A stretch of DNA of 43,782 nt from a virus (Duplodnaviria; Caudoviricetes): positions 1-43,782 of IMG/VR virus record IMGVR_UViG_3300011335_000838. One strand, given 5' to 3'. Under the pieces are notes generated by a model. It worked only from the letters and a program-made list of their open reading frames with translations. It did not search any database and was not told the origin of the DNA. Position numbers and translations under genes: made by a program. Positions 36,368-43,782 of this stretch are shown piece after piece. Each line of letters starts with the position of its first letter. The first letter of the stretch is position 1.

Positions 36368-37115
36368 TCTTATCCCCCTTCATTTCCATTAACCACAGTT
36401 TGATACCAATCGCCTGAACCGAACTCATTCCGCCCGAAGTCACCCCAGGAAACTCTTCCGCCATCAAACCCTTCAGGTTAGGAATTGATGCGGAAATTTC
36501 AACAAACAACTTGGCAATCTCTCGCTTCTGTTCGAGCGATGCTGGGACAGAGACAGGGGCAGCAACAGGTATCGGGGACGATGCCACTTGCTGCTGCACC
36601 TGCTGGATCGGCCCAGCAATTGCCCTGATATTTGGTGAGTCCGCCACTTCGGATTCATCCAGATAACCTAAACCACAGAGGCTCAGAGTGCAACGCCGCT
36701 TCGCCTTGGTGAGGGCTTTCATTTTTGCATTAGCCAGGTCCATTCCTTTCAGGTGTTCTACATACACATCCCCGCGATCCATATCACGCCGACCAGACTG
36801 ATCCTCCATCGTGACGATGGCAGAGTAAATTCCACCAACTTCCTCGAATTTGCATTCAACCAAGGTCACGCCATGAATTTGGCGTAGCTGGTCAGCACAG
36901 TTCCTTTTGGCGTAAAGGCACTCAGTGCCGTCCTTCTGCTTGTAGAATCCAAACGGTTGAGTTAAAGGATTCAACCCCAAGGTTTCGCAGGTGCGATTAT
37001 AAATCAGCACCTTCTCATCCGTTGGAAGCTTCGAGTAATTGTTTTGCATTAACGCCGCTTCGATTGAAGCGGAGTTCATATCCTTCGCAACCACAATTTC
37101 CAGATTCGTATTCAT
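36354..37115 (-). CDS. single-strand annealing recombinase (Bet/RecT-like, putative)
   Basis: C..LGLNPL..., MKA.TKAKRR..LSLCGLG.LDESE; ATG 37115 after GGAGGAG. Confidence 0.65.
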   Translation of the reverse strand: MNTNLEIVVAKDMNSASIEAALMQNNYSKLPTDEKVLIYNRTCETLGLNPLTQPFGFYKQKDGTECLYAKRNCADQLRQIHGVTLVECKFEEVGGIYSAIVTMEDQSGRRDMDRGDVYVEHLKGMDLANAKMKALTKAKRRCTLSLCGLGYLDESEVADSPNIRAIAGPIQQVQQQVASSPIPVAAPVSVPASLEQKREIAKLFVEISASIPNLKGLMAEEFPGVTSGGMSSVQAIGIKLWLMEMKGDKNGNS

Positions 37116-37156
37116 GATCGACTCCTCCTGTTCCATTACTGTGTTCCAATTCATGT

Positions 37157-37990
37157 TCAATCAGTACAGCTGCAAGGCATTGTATCATCATCGGGAAAAA
37201 TTAACAGGGGTTGCTCCTGAGCCATTCGGATTAGATTTCGGTAACTAGGCCGATCCGATCTAAATATCCCCTTCTTTTCCTTCCCATTCAAGTCCACACC
37301 GAAACTGGTCTCCTCCCTTTTTGCAAACCATTCCAGGTGAGAAGGGTTGTCCCTAGCAATCATGTCCAGCTTACTGGCACCCTTCAAGAAGCAACCAACG
37401 CAGTTGCTAAAAATCCTGGGAATATTAAGACGGAATGGTGATAGGTTCCAGTACGCTTCGACATCTTCAATGGTATGCTTGGCATCGTATATTGGGCATT
37501 CAATGTCCCTATTGTATTTGCCAGACTTGCTTTTGGAAACCCTCGCAGGCTCATCAAATCTCAAGCCCAGACACTCGGTATAATTATCCTCAAATCCAGG
37601 GATTGTTCTCACAAAGCGATCCATAGTCTTGATCTTCATTTCGGAAGTGCAAAACCTTGTCACAGGGTTTGGAAGATACTGACGATCCAGTATTACATCG
37701 TCAAATGGTTTCCCACTTCTATTGCTGCTTAGGTAATCCACCTCCTTGAATTTTCTTTTGGAGACATACTCCACCCACCTTATCTTTACTCCCATATGGT
37801 TTTGATATTCATTAATGAAATCGTATGTCTTCTCGTGTTCAATTCCGGTATTGGCAAACACCGGAATAATATTGCCTGGAAGCTTCCCTTCCCATGCTTC
37901 GATAATTTTCGACAGCATGAATGCCGATGTGGAGCCACCAGAGAAGGAGACTACCAGCGGTCCTTCTAGCCTGTATGGGTTGCGTTCCAT
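37157..37990 (-). CDS. PAPS-reductase family protein (NinC-like)
   Basis: SFSGGSTS PP-loop, FANTG.EH, RFCT..MKI, GLRFDE..R, NCVGCF. Confidence 0.85.
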   Translation of the reverse strand: MERNPYRLEGPLVVSFSGGSTSAFMLSKIIEAWEGKLPGNIIPVFANTGIEHEKTYDFINEYQNHMGVKIRWVEYVSKRKFKEVDYLSSNRSGKPFDDVILDRQYLPNPVTRFCTSEMKIKTMDRFVRTIPGFEDNYTECLGLRFDEPARVSKSKSGKYNRDIECPIYDAKHTIEDVEAYWNLSPFRLNIPRIFSNCVGCFLKGASKLDMIARDNPSHLEWFAKREETSFGVDLNGKEKKGIFRSDRPSYRNLIRMAQEQPLLIFPDDDTMPCSCTD

Positions 37991-38307
37991 TAGAAACGCT
38001 CAATTTCTTCTCGGATGATACGGATTTTATCATCCGCAATAATCCTCAGTATGGTTCTCCCGCCTTCAACAGAATCAACATAGACTCCGGTTTGAGTTTC
38101 GGAGTCCATCCCTCGAAGGCCCACAGAGTCACCGCGCCTCAGTACATGACTCTCCAGCGGATAACCATCGCACTCTAAAGTGATTGCGCCCATTGCAACT
38201 TTAGTTACCCTCCAGACATAACGATTGACTATCCCATTCCCTGGTGGATAAACCATTACGAATGCTTCTCCAGGTCGCCTGGAAATGCATAGTCCACCTA
38301 CTCTCAT
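37990..38307 (-). CDS. CsrA-like protein with two tandem CsrA-type halves
   Basis: LCISRRPGEAFVM... and VLRRGDSV...VEGGRTILRIIADDKIRIIREEI. Confidence 0.7.
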   Translation of the reverse strand: MRVGGLCISRRPGEAFVMVYPPGNGIVNRYVWRVTKVAMGAITLECDGYPLESHVLRRGDSVGLRGMDSETQTGVYVDSVEGGRTILRIIADDKIRIIREEIERF

Positions 38308-38885
38308 TTCAAATCCCTCCCATTTTTAGAAATTTCCCTAGCGGCTTTAAAGACTTTCACCTCGATTGTCTCGGTGATAAAACCTTTCCTTCTGCCCCCC
38401 AATAGTATGACGAACTGCGAAATACTTTCCGAAATTTCTCCAGCTGACAGTAAAGTCCTTGTGTCAACATTTGCAGCATAGGCAATGATTTCTGCAATGT
38501 GATCCTGACTGTCAGGCAATGCACTGAGATACATGCATACCGGATAGTCCAAACGACTCCAGAAGTTCATCTCTGCTGGGTACTGCTTCGAGTTAGCCAG
38601 GCACATCTCAACCGCATCCTGCCACTCTCCAAGGTTGACATGATGTATAAAATTCATTATCCTTGTGACGCGACTATCATTTCGTGTTACAATCTCAGCT
38701 GCGTCACCACCCTCCCTGATGCTGCCAATGTCAGCAGTAAGCTGTCCATTTGCCAGCATCAATAAAAGTTCAGCCGTGTCCTTATTTAGGCTTGTTAGCT
38801 TCTCGATGTACCGCCTTGCAGAGGCAGAAGTCAACTCGTCGTCAGGAGCTTCCAAGTCCATGTTTTCAACCTCGTCCATCATCAT
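38304..38885 (-). CDS. hypothetical protein
   Basis: 193-aa coupled ORF with GGAGG RBS. Confidence 0.7.
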   Translation of the reverse strand: MMMDEVENMDLEAPDDELTSASARRYIEKLTSLNKDTAELLLMLANGQLTADIGSIREGGDAAEIVTRNDSRVTRIMNFIHHVNLGEWQDAVEMCLANSKQYPAEMNFWSRLDYPVCMYLSALPDSQDHIAEIIAYAANVDTRTLLSAGEISESISQFVILLGGRRKGFITETIEVKVFKAAREISKNGRDLK

Positions 38886-39009
38886 CCTCCTTCCGTGTTT
38901 GCTTTATCTTCTCTGATGATATCAGCACCAGGACCATGAAGGAAGATAATGCTACCATCCATAGTGGAGTAGCTATACAGATCAGGGCAAGCACCGAATC
39001 TGATATCAT
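38866..39009 (-). CDS. small membrane protein (47 aa, MISDSVLALICIATPLWMVALSSFMVLVLISS...)
   Basis: Hand-translated; GGAGG RBS; one TM segment. Confidence 0.55.
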   Translation of the reverse strand: MISDSVLALICIATPLWMVALSSFMVLVLISSEKIKQTRKEDDDGRG

Positions 39010-39049
39010 GGCGGAAAATCCTCCAGTTCCAGGAAAACATGTAAATCTG

Positions 39050-39529
39050 TTAGGCGTTTTCTTTTGTATGGCATTGAAGACAAGTTGAATTAATCTTCAA
39101 CCTCGTAACAGACGACCGGCAGACCGGGCATTCTTTCCCAGGGCCGTTCATTCTGGATACCATCTTATCATGGGCTTCCTTGCCGCCCCAGATGGAATAC
39201 AGCCGTTCCATTGCCACACTCTCGCCTAACACCCGGATGTCAATGCCGGGGCCAACGCGGGCCTGAATCTCGGCCTCAACCTCAACATCGTTACCAATGT
39301 AGGTTCCTTCTCCAGTTCCTGAACGGTCCAGCCAAGGGGCGGGAGAGTGCATCGATGTCTCCCCTGTTTCCACATCGTACTTGATGTGGACCGATTGACC
39401 ATCAAAATATCCGCCCCCAGTCCAGGGGCCATTTGCAAGCGTTGGCTTTGCAATCTTCTTTAGCCTAGACCTGATCTTATCTATCAGGACCAGCTTTGTG
39501 TAATCCATATATGTCATGTCACTCTCCAT
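39050..39529 (-). CDS. hypothetical protein with C-terminal Zn ribbon
   Basis: CPVC...CLQC. Confidence 0.65.
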   Translation of the reverse strand: MESDMTYMDYTKLVLIDKIRSRLKKIAKPTLANGPWTGGGYFDGQSVHIKYDVETGETSMHSPAPWLDRSGTGEGTYIGNDVEVEAEIQARVGPGIDIRVLGESVAMERLYSIWGGKEAHDKMVSRMNGPGKECPVCRSSVTRLKINSTCLQCHTKENA

Positions 39530-39704
39530 TTAAAACCTCCCTTACCTTGCCTTCCATCTTGTATGCAGACAAGACAGATCCAATACCATCGGCCATTGCT
39601 TCCAGAAGATTCTGGATATCTTCATCGGTGTATGAAGTATCCTTTATCATTATAGATATAGCATGCCTAATAGCCTTAAGTACCGCAAGATGTTCTACTC
39701 GCAT
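39519..39704 (-). CDS. hypothetical protein
   Basis: 61-aa ORF overlapping both neighbours. Confidence 0.55.
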   Translation of the reverse strand: MRVEHLAVLKAIRHAISIMIKDTSYTDEDIQNLLEAMADGIGSVLSAYKMEGKVREVLNGE

Positions 39705-40267
39705 GGTGACTCCATATTCATTGAAGCAGCTATGCGCTTCATTCTAACAATTGAACTTTTGTATATATCGTTTACACGCTGCTTAGATACTCCCATCTCT
39801 CTAGATATCTCTGAGAATCCCTTGCCATCCAAGATGGATTCTGTAATCCGCCTGTACATTCCAGGCAGACGAGTTGTAAGGATCTTAATTGTGTCGCGGG
39901 CATCTTCCAGGCCCAGCTGGGTGCTTGGGTCAATCTCTACTCCTGGATCGAATACGGTTTTTCCATCCTCGCCGAATATTGATACGCTTCTAAGCGTAGT
40001 ACTTTTCACGGAGTACCACTGTTCATAGACGCGCTGCCTGGCGAACCGCATGGAGTTGAATGCGTAGGTAGAGAACGCCCCCTTCTCTGCGGTGTAGGTG
40101 AGAACGCAGCGCATTACGGCTACGCTTAGTTCGCTCTTCCAGTCTTCCTCGGTTAGGAAGGAAGGGCACTTCCATCGACGGGCGAACCCATTGACTAGGC
40201 CAATGTTGTCTCCAACCAACTGGCGTTGCTCCTCTGTCAGTACAGCTTCTTTAGTTGCCGGTGGCAT
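39695..40267 (-). CDS. sigma-70 family sigma factor-like protein
   Basis: LV.DNIGLV..FARR...ED...E....Y..EKG.FSTYA (region 2); FSEISREMGVSKQRVNDI (region 4). Confidence 0.85.
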   Translation of the reverse strand: MPPATKEAVLTEEQRQLVGDNIGLVNGFARRWKCPSFLTEEDWKSELSVAVMRCVLTYTAEKGAFSTYAFNSMRFARQRVYEQWYSVKSTTLRSVSIFGEDGKTVFDPGVEIDPSTQLGLEDARDTIKILTTRLPGMYRRITESILDGKGFSEISREMGVSKQRVNDIYKSSIVRMKRIAASMNMESPCE

Positions 40268-40733
40268 TGCTCTCCATACTCCTTTTTACCTTTAGTATTG
40301 CCTGACGCTTCAGCCTGCGGGCATCGACCCGCGAGCATCCAAACTTCGCCACGATCTCTCGGTGGTGCGATAGGGCAGCGAAGGCCACCCGATCACCGAC
40401 CCCAGCCAATGCGGCCATTAATGACTGCATTTCTTCTGACTGGGGTTTACTGGGGTCAACTACCTGGGCGAACTCTCTCCCACTCTGGAATGTCAGGCGA
40501 GAGTTGGTTACAGACCTGCGGTATACGCGGGTCTTGGCAGATCTCCACCACCAATACACCCAGGTGCGCCAGCATCCCTTGGTTTCATCCCAGCACTCAG
40601 CCGCCTGGCAGGTGGCCAGCGAAAGCTCCTGGTAGAACTCCTCGCGGTTCAGCCAGGGTTTCATGGACTTTCCAAGAAAGGAGTCCATGAAGCCATCATT
40701 CATTACGGACTCAATAAGCTGGTGCTTAGTCAT
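40251..40733 (-). CDS. divergent sigma-factor-like paralogue
   Basis: EEFYQELSLA..QAAECWDETKGCWRTWVY parallels region 2 of the neighbour; EIVAKFGCSR HTH. Confidence 0.55.
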   Translation of the reverse strand: MTKHQLIESVMNDGFMDSFLGKSMKPWLNREEFYQELSLATCQAAECWDETKGCWRTWVYWWWRSAKTRVYRRSVTNSRLTFQSGREFAQVVDPSKPQSEEMQSLMAALAGVGDRVAFAALSHHREIVAKFGCSRVDARRLKRQAILKVKRSMESNATGN

Positions 40734-40781
40734 CTCCGCACCTCCACTTGGACAGTCCCATCCTGATGGTGATATGTGCAG

Positions 40782-40803
40782 GTCACACTCACTTGAGTGT
40801 GAC
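40782..40803. promoter_or_regulatory. perfect 9-bp inverted repeat (operator or hairpin)
   Basis: GTCACACTC-ACTT-GAGTGTGAC upstream of the sigma-like pair. Confidence 0.5.
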
Positions 40804-40821
40804 TACATCCAGCAATCGTGC

Positions 40822-41031
40822 TTATTGTGATAGCAATCCATCGCATTGTATTTCTTCCACTCCATTTTCAGTTCCAATCCTTATTGTGATCGTTGCGGAA
40901 ATTTCAATGAATTTCGCATAATCACCAGCGTTTCCAACTGCATCCATTATAGCAGCACCCAGTTTGTCTGGATTGGAATTCGCAAACTTCTTTGCCACCG
41001 TTCGTACGGCTTGCAAGGTTTTCTGATTCAT
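40822..41031 (-). CDS. hypothetical protein
   Basis: 69-aa ORF in the - strand operon. Confidence 0.55.
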   Translation of the reverse strand: MNQKTLQAVRTVAKKFANSNPDKLGAAIMDAVGNAGDYAKFIEISATITIRIGTENGVEEIQCDGLLSQ

Positions 41032-41102
41032 GGAAACCCCAGGCGGAAATTCCCATGATCCAGGAAAACAGGAAAATCACAATAGCGATTGTTTTTGGGA
41101 CA

Positions 41103-41354
41103 CTACCCCTTGCATGGGGTAACAACCAGCAGACCCGCTATCGGGTCACCCATGAAGAATGCTGACTGGATGCGGGCATCCAGAAGGTCATACGCCTGCA
41201 CCTTTCCCTTCCCGGTCAGAACCATGCCCTTGCGGTCAGAGGCCCCGTAACGATCAACCAGGGCCGACCTGGAACTCTCGTCGAGGTCATCCTCCTTCCT
41301 GTACAGTTTGTACTGGAAGCTGGACAGTTGTTGTTTGCTTGATCTTTTTTTCAT
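41103..41354 (-). CDS. hypothetical protein
   Basis: 83-aa ORF in the - strand operon. Confidence 0.55.
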   Translation of the reverse strand: MKKRSSKQQLSSFQYKLYRKEDDLDESSRSALVDRYGASDRKGMVLTGKGKVQAYDLLDARIQSAFFMGDPIAGLLVVTPCKG

Positions 41355-41559
41355 TCTCTTCCACCTTTATAAGATATTTACTATGACTTGATATCACATA
41401 GTAAATTTGTTTGACATTCATACGGCTTGCACCGTATACCCGATTACGGATCTCAGGGATCTTAAATCCCTCTTGGAATAATTTGTAGATCATCTTGACG
41501 CGGGTCATCGTCAAGCCGCGTTTCCTCAGGCTCCAGGCATATTTTCCTTCAGGGGACAT
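41287..41559 (-). CDS. HTH-like DNA-binding protein (putative)
   Basis: IYKLFQEGFKIPEI......MNVKQIYYVI. Confidence 0.55.
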   Translation of the reverse strand: MSPEGKYAWSLRKRGLTMTRVKMIYKLFQEGFKIPEIRNRVYGASRMNVKQIYYVISSHSKYLIKVEENEKKIKQTTTVQLPVQTVQEGG

Positions 41560-41761
41560 ATTGGATCAATCCCCCTGGCGACCCGGACACTTCCGGCGCG
41601 GAATACTTCGCCTGGATCTCGCACCACCAATCCACCTGGTGGCAATTGCACTTCCTGGAAAGGCGGTCTCGGATAGATTCAGCACCATCGATTGATGATG
41701 CTGAATAAATTTTCTGCTGAACTCCCGATTGAGTCCAGCACCTGAAGATTATTGATATCAT
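41549..41761 (-). CDS. hypothetical protein
   Basis: 70-aa coupled ORF. Confidence 0.5.
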   Translation of the reverse strand: MISIIFRCWTQSGVQQKIYSASSIDGAESIRDRLSRKCNCHQVDWWCEIQAKYSAPEVSGSPGGLIQYVP

Positions 41762-41994
41762 TCCAAGCAGCCAACTATCTGCCAGGGTTTCAGGTTTTCC
41801 AGGTGGGCGGTGAAGTCTTCACCACATTCAGGAATGTGATCCTGGATAGATCCACCCTCGTTTTTGTCCAAGTAATCCATCACCCTAACCGCCAACTGCC
41901 GGGTTCCGCCCGGCCCCAGGAGTACCTGGATATGATCCAAGTACTCTCTTCTGCTGTCAAATGTTATCACTTGTCGTCTCCCAATAAATGCCAT
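41758..41994 (-). CDS. hypothetical protein
   Basis: 78-aa coupled ORF. Confidence 0.55.
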   Translation of the reverse strand: MAFIGRRQVITFDSRREYLDHIQVLLGPGGTRQLAVRVMDYLDKNEGGSIQDHIPECGEDFTAHLENLKPWQIVGCLE

Positions 41995-42230
41995 TTTCCA
42001 TCCAGGCCCAAACCCAGCTGTTCGGGGATCGGATAGATCCCCTCGTAGGCGCGGAGAAACACTTCACCCTTGCGCTTCTGGCCCTGGCGTAGGGTATAAC
42101 CCCAGGGCATCTTGGCCAGCCTTCTGGCGGCTGTATCGTAATTCTTGTGAGAAGAAAAAACTACGGTTTTGTCACCGTAATGCCCCGAATTTGGAACGAT
42201 AAACCAACGCATTTTAAGTACATTACTCAC
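41967..42230 (-). CDS. hypothetical early protein
   Basis: First ORF of the - strand operon; GGAGAG RBS. Confidence 0.6.
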   Translation of the reverse strand: MSNVLKMRWFIVPNSGHYGDKTVVFSSHKNYDTAARRLAKMPWGYTLRQGQKRKGEVFLRAYEGIYPIPEQLGLGLDGKWHLLGDDK

Positions 42231-42321
42231 TTTATCTCTCCATTAATCCCTGATATAGAAACCCATCTCCCATCTACTCTGAATAGATGGGGTCAGGGTG
42301 ACGATCAACCCCATAACCCTC

Positions 42322-42350
42322 AATCTATTCTACTGGATTTATCCTGTCAA
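42322..42350 (-). promoter_or_regulatory. sigma70-like early promoter
   Basis: On -: TTGACA-N17-TAGATT upstream of the - strand operon. Confidence 0.6.
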
Positions 42351-42687
42351 CACCTAATCGACCTAAAACTAAAAATAAATCCAATAAATTATTCCAACTA
42401 ATTCAAAAACCCCTATAAAATAAGCCTAAACCACCAATAAAAAAACTTATAAAAATTCCCTAAAATTCTTCCTCATGGACGGTCCAAAAAAGAATCTACT
42501 AAAATAATCCAGAATAGCAATTTAATGGCACACTAATTGCACCCCGCGCGCGGATATTAATATTAACACTACTTTATTAATTATCTAATTTATATAATAT
42601 ATATAAGATTATATTCTTTAATACCGAAGGTATTAAAGGGGGCTTCCCCTGCCTCTCCCCTGGGCGTAACTGGTGCGGTGGCCGGGG

Positions 42688-42882
42688 GCCGGAGGGGGGG
42701 TGCAGCGTCAGCGGAACCACCCCGCAACCCCAGGAGCATGCTTATATCCAGAATCATACACAATTAATATAATTAATATCGGAAGAATCCTGATATCAAA
42801 ATATCTAAACGGATGACGGATGTAAGCCTGCTCCTAGGGTTGCGGGGTGTGCTGCGCTGACGCTACGCCCCCCCCTCGGGCT
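42688..42882. repeat. long imperfect inverted repeat (~63-bp arms, ~68-bp AT-rich spacer)
   Basis: ggggggtgcagcgtcagcggaaccaccccgcaaccccaggagcatgcttatatcc vs ggatgtaagcctgctcctagggttgcggggtgtgctgcgctgacgctacgccccccc. Confidence 0.85.
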
Positions 42883-43011
42883 TCCCCCCCCCGGCGCAAG
42901 ACCCGCCAGGGGAAAGTCAGAACCCCTTCCAGTTCGACACAATGCCACCAAATTCCCGTTCGTGAGGTACAATTGACTCAGAACCCACCTAACCCATCCA
43001 GGATCGAAAAA

Positions 43012-43497
43012 ATGACCACTTTGTGCCCCGATCCAACTTTATCACTCTGGTCCGTGATCCTACCGATCCCGCCATCACAAAATAAACTATGGATACCAGT
43101 TGCTATCAGGGGACGATCACGACTGGTAACTTCCCCGGAATATAAGGTATGGCGTAACTCTTTAAACTTAGTAGAATTCAAGACTGCACCTATCTTCCTT
43201 GAACCAGTTGCGGTTGTAATTGACCTAATTCCAGGCAAGGATTTGTGCCAAAATTCTGACCTTGACAACTTTTTTAAAGCCCCAATTGATGCGCTGGTTC
43301 GCCACGGGATTCTGGTCGATGACTCAATTAAGTACATCCACCATGTCCAATCTACCTTGAGACCGTCCACGGATAACCGGGGCCAGGGCGTGATGGAAAT
43401 AAATATATATCACTCCTTCATGTGGACTGGTCAGAACATCCAGCAGCGGTATCTGTTTGATAGGGAAATAGGGTCACTAGACGAAAACATCCAATAA
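43012..43497 (+). CDS. rusA: RusA family Holliday junction resolvase
   Basis: PIPPSQNKLW...DLDNFFKAPIDAL..GILVDDS.I; ATG 43012 preferred to the track start. Confidence 0.85.
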   Translation: MTTLCPDPTLSLWSVILPIPPSQNKLWIPVAIRGRSRLVTSPEYKVWRNSLNLVEFKTAPIFLEPVAVVIDLIPGKDLCQNSDLDNFFKAPIDALVRHGILVDDSIKYIHHVQSTLRPSTDNRGQGVMEINIYHSFMWTGQNIQQRYLFDREIGSLDENIQ

Positions 43498-43751
43498 AAT
43501 ATATCGATTACTTTTCAACCGGAATTCGACCCCATCCAGGAAAACAATGATATAAATATATCGATTGTTTTTTGACGATAATTCCAATCTATCCCAATTA
43601 GTTTGAATTGAATCAGGATAATAATTAGTAATAAATTGATATCATTATTGAGATTGAATCAGCTATTGAATTAGAATTAGGATTGAAATAAATTCAGCGC
43701 GGGAATTGAGAATTATTCAACGCGGGTCCACCCCTCTCTCCAGTGGACAGT

Positions 43752-43782
43752 CACCAGCCAGCCACCAGCCACCAGCCGCCAG
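43752..43782. repeat. short tandem repeat (CCAGCCA-type) at the window end
   Basis: caccagccagccaccagccaccagccgccag. Confidence 0.7.

Noticed and set aside
37157-37990. Dnd phosphorothioation or sulfur-assimilation system
   Set aside because: A solitary PAPS-reductase-like gene is common in phages; no dnd, ssp or cys partners are present.
40922-41125. 67-aa ORF with a hydrophobic stretch
   Set aside because: It overlaps 40822..41031 extensively in another frame; I cannot tell whether it is real.
42847-43011. N-terminal extension of RusA from the track start
   Set aside because: It runs through the inverted repeat and is low complexity; ATG 43012 gives a normal-sized protein.

Overview
The window looks like a near-complete ~43.8 kb tailed-phage (siphovirus-like) genome. 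The + strand (1591-27561) carries terminase, portal, MuF head protein, protease/scaffold, capsid, neck and tail genes, two fibre cassettes and a putative lysis block. The - strand (27608-42230) carries replication, recombination and regulatory genes. rusA and repeat-rich non-coding DNA lie near the ends. I recognise no integrase, repressor or classical endolysin. A Planctomycetota host is suspected by inference only. Most striking: (1) a 317-aa intein in the MuF gene with no in-frame endonuclease, but with an HTH + DUF559/Vsr-like endonuclease ORF on the opposite strand in exact codon register and its own sigma70-like promoter inside the splicing block; (2) two Csx3/Crn3-like (ring-nuclease-like) paralogues flanking a tRNA-like element, a candidate anti-defence module; (3) a fibre repeat array with DGR-like variation but no reverse transcriptase in the window; (4) a C5 methyltransferase with catalytic Cys->Arg and a nested alternative-frame ORF; (5) a recurrent TGGACRGTCC motif; (6) a lambda-type GGGAAAG tail-chaperone frameshift. 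All family assignments come from motif recognition by eye; no searches were run.
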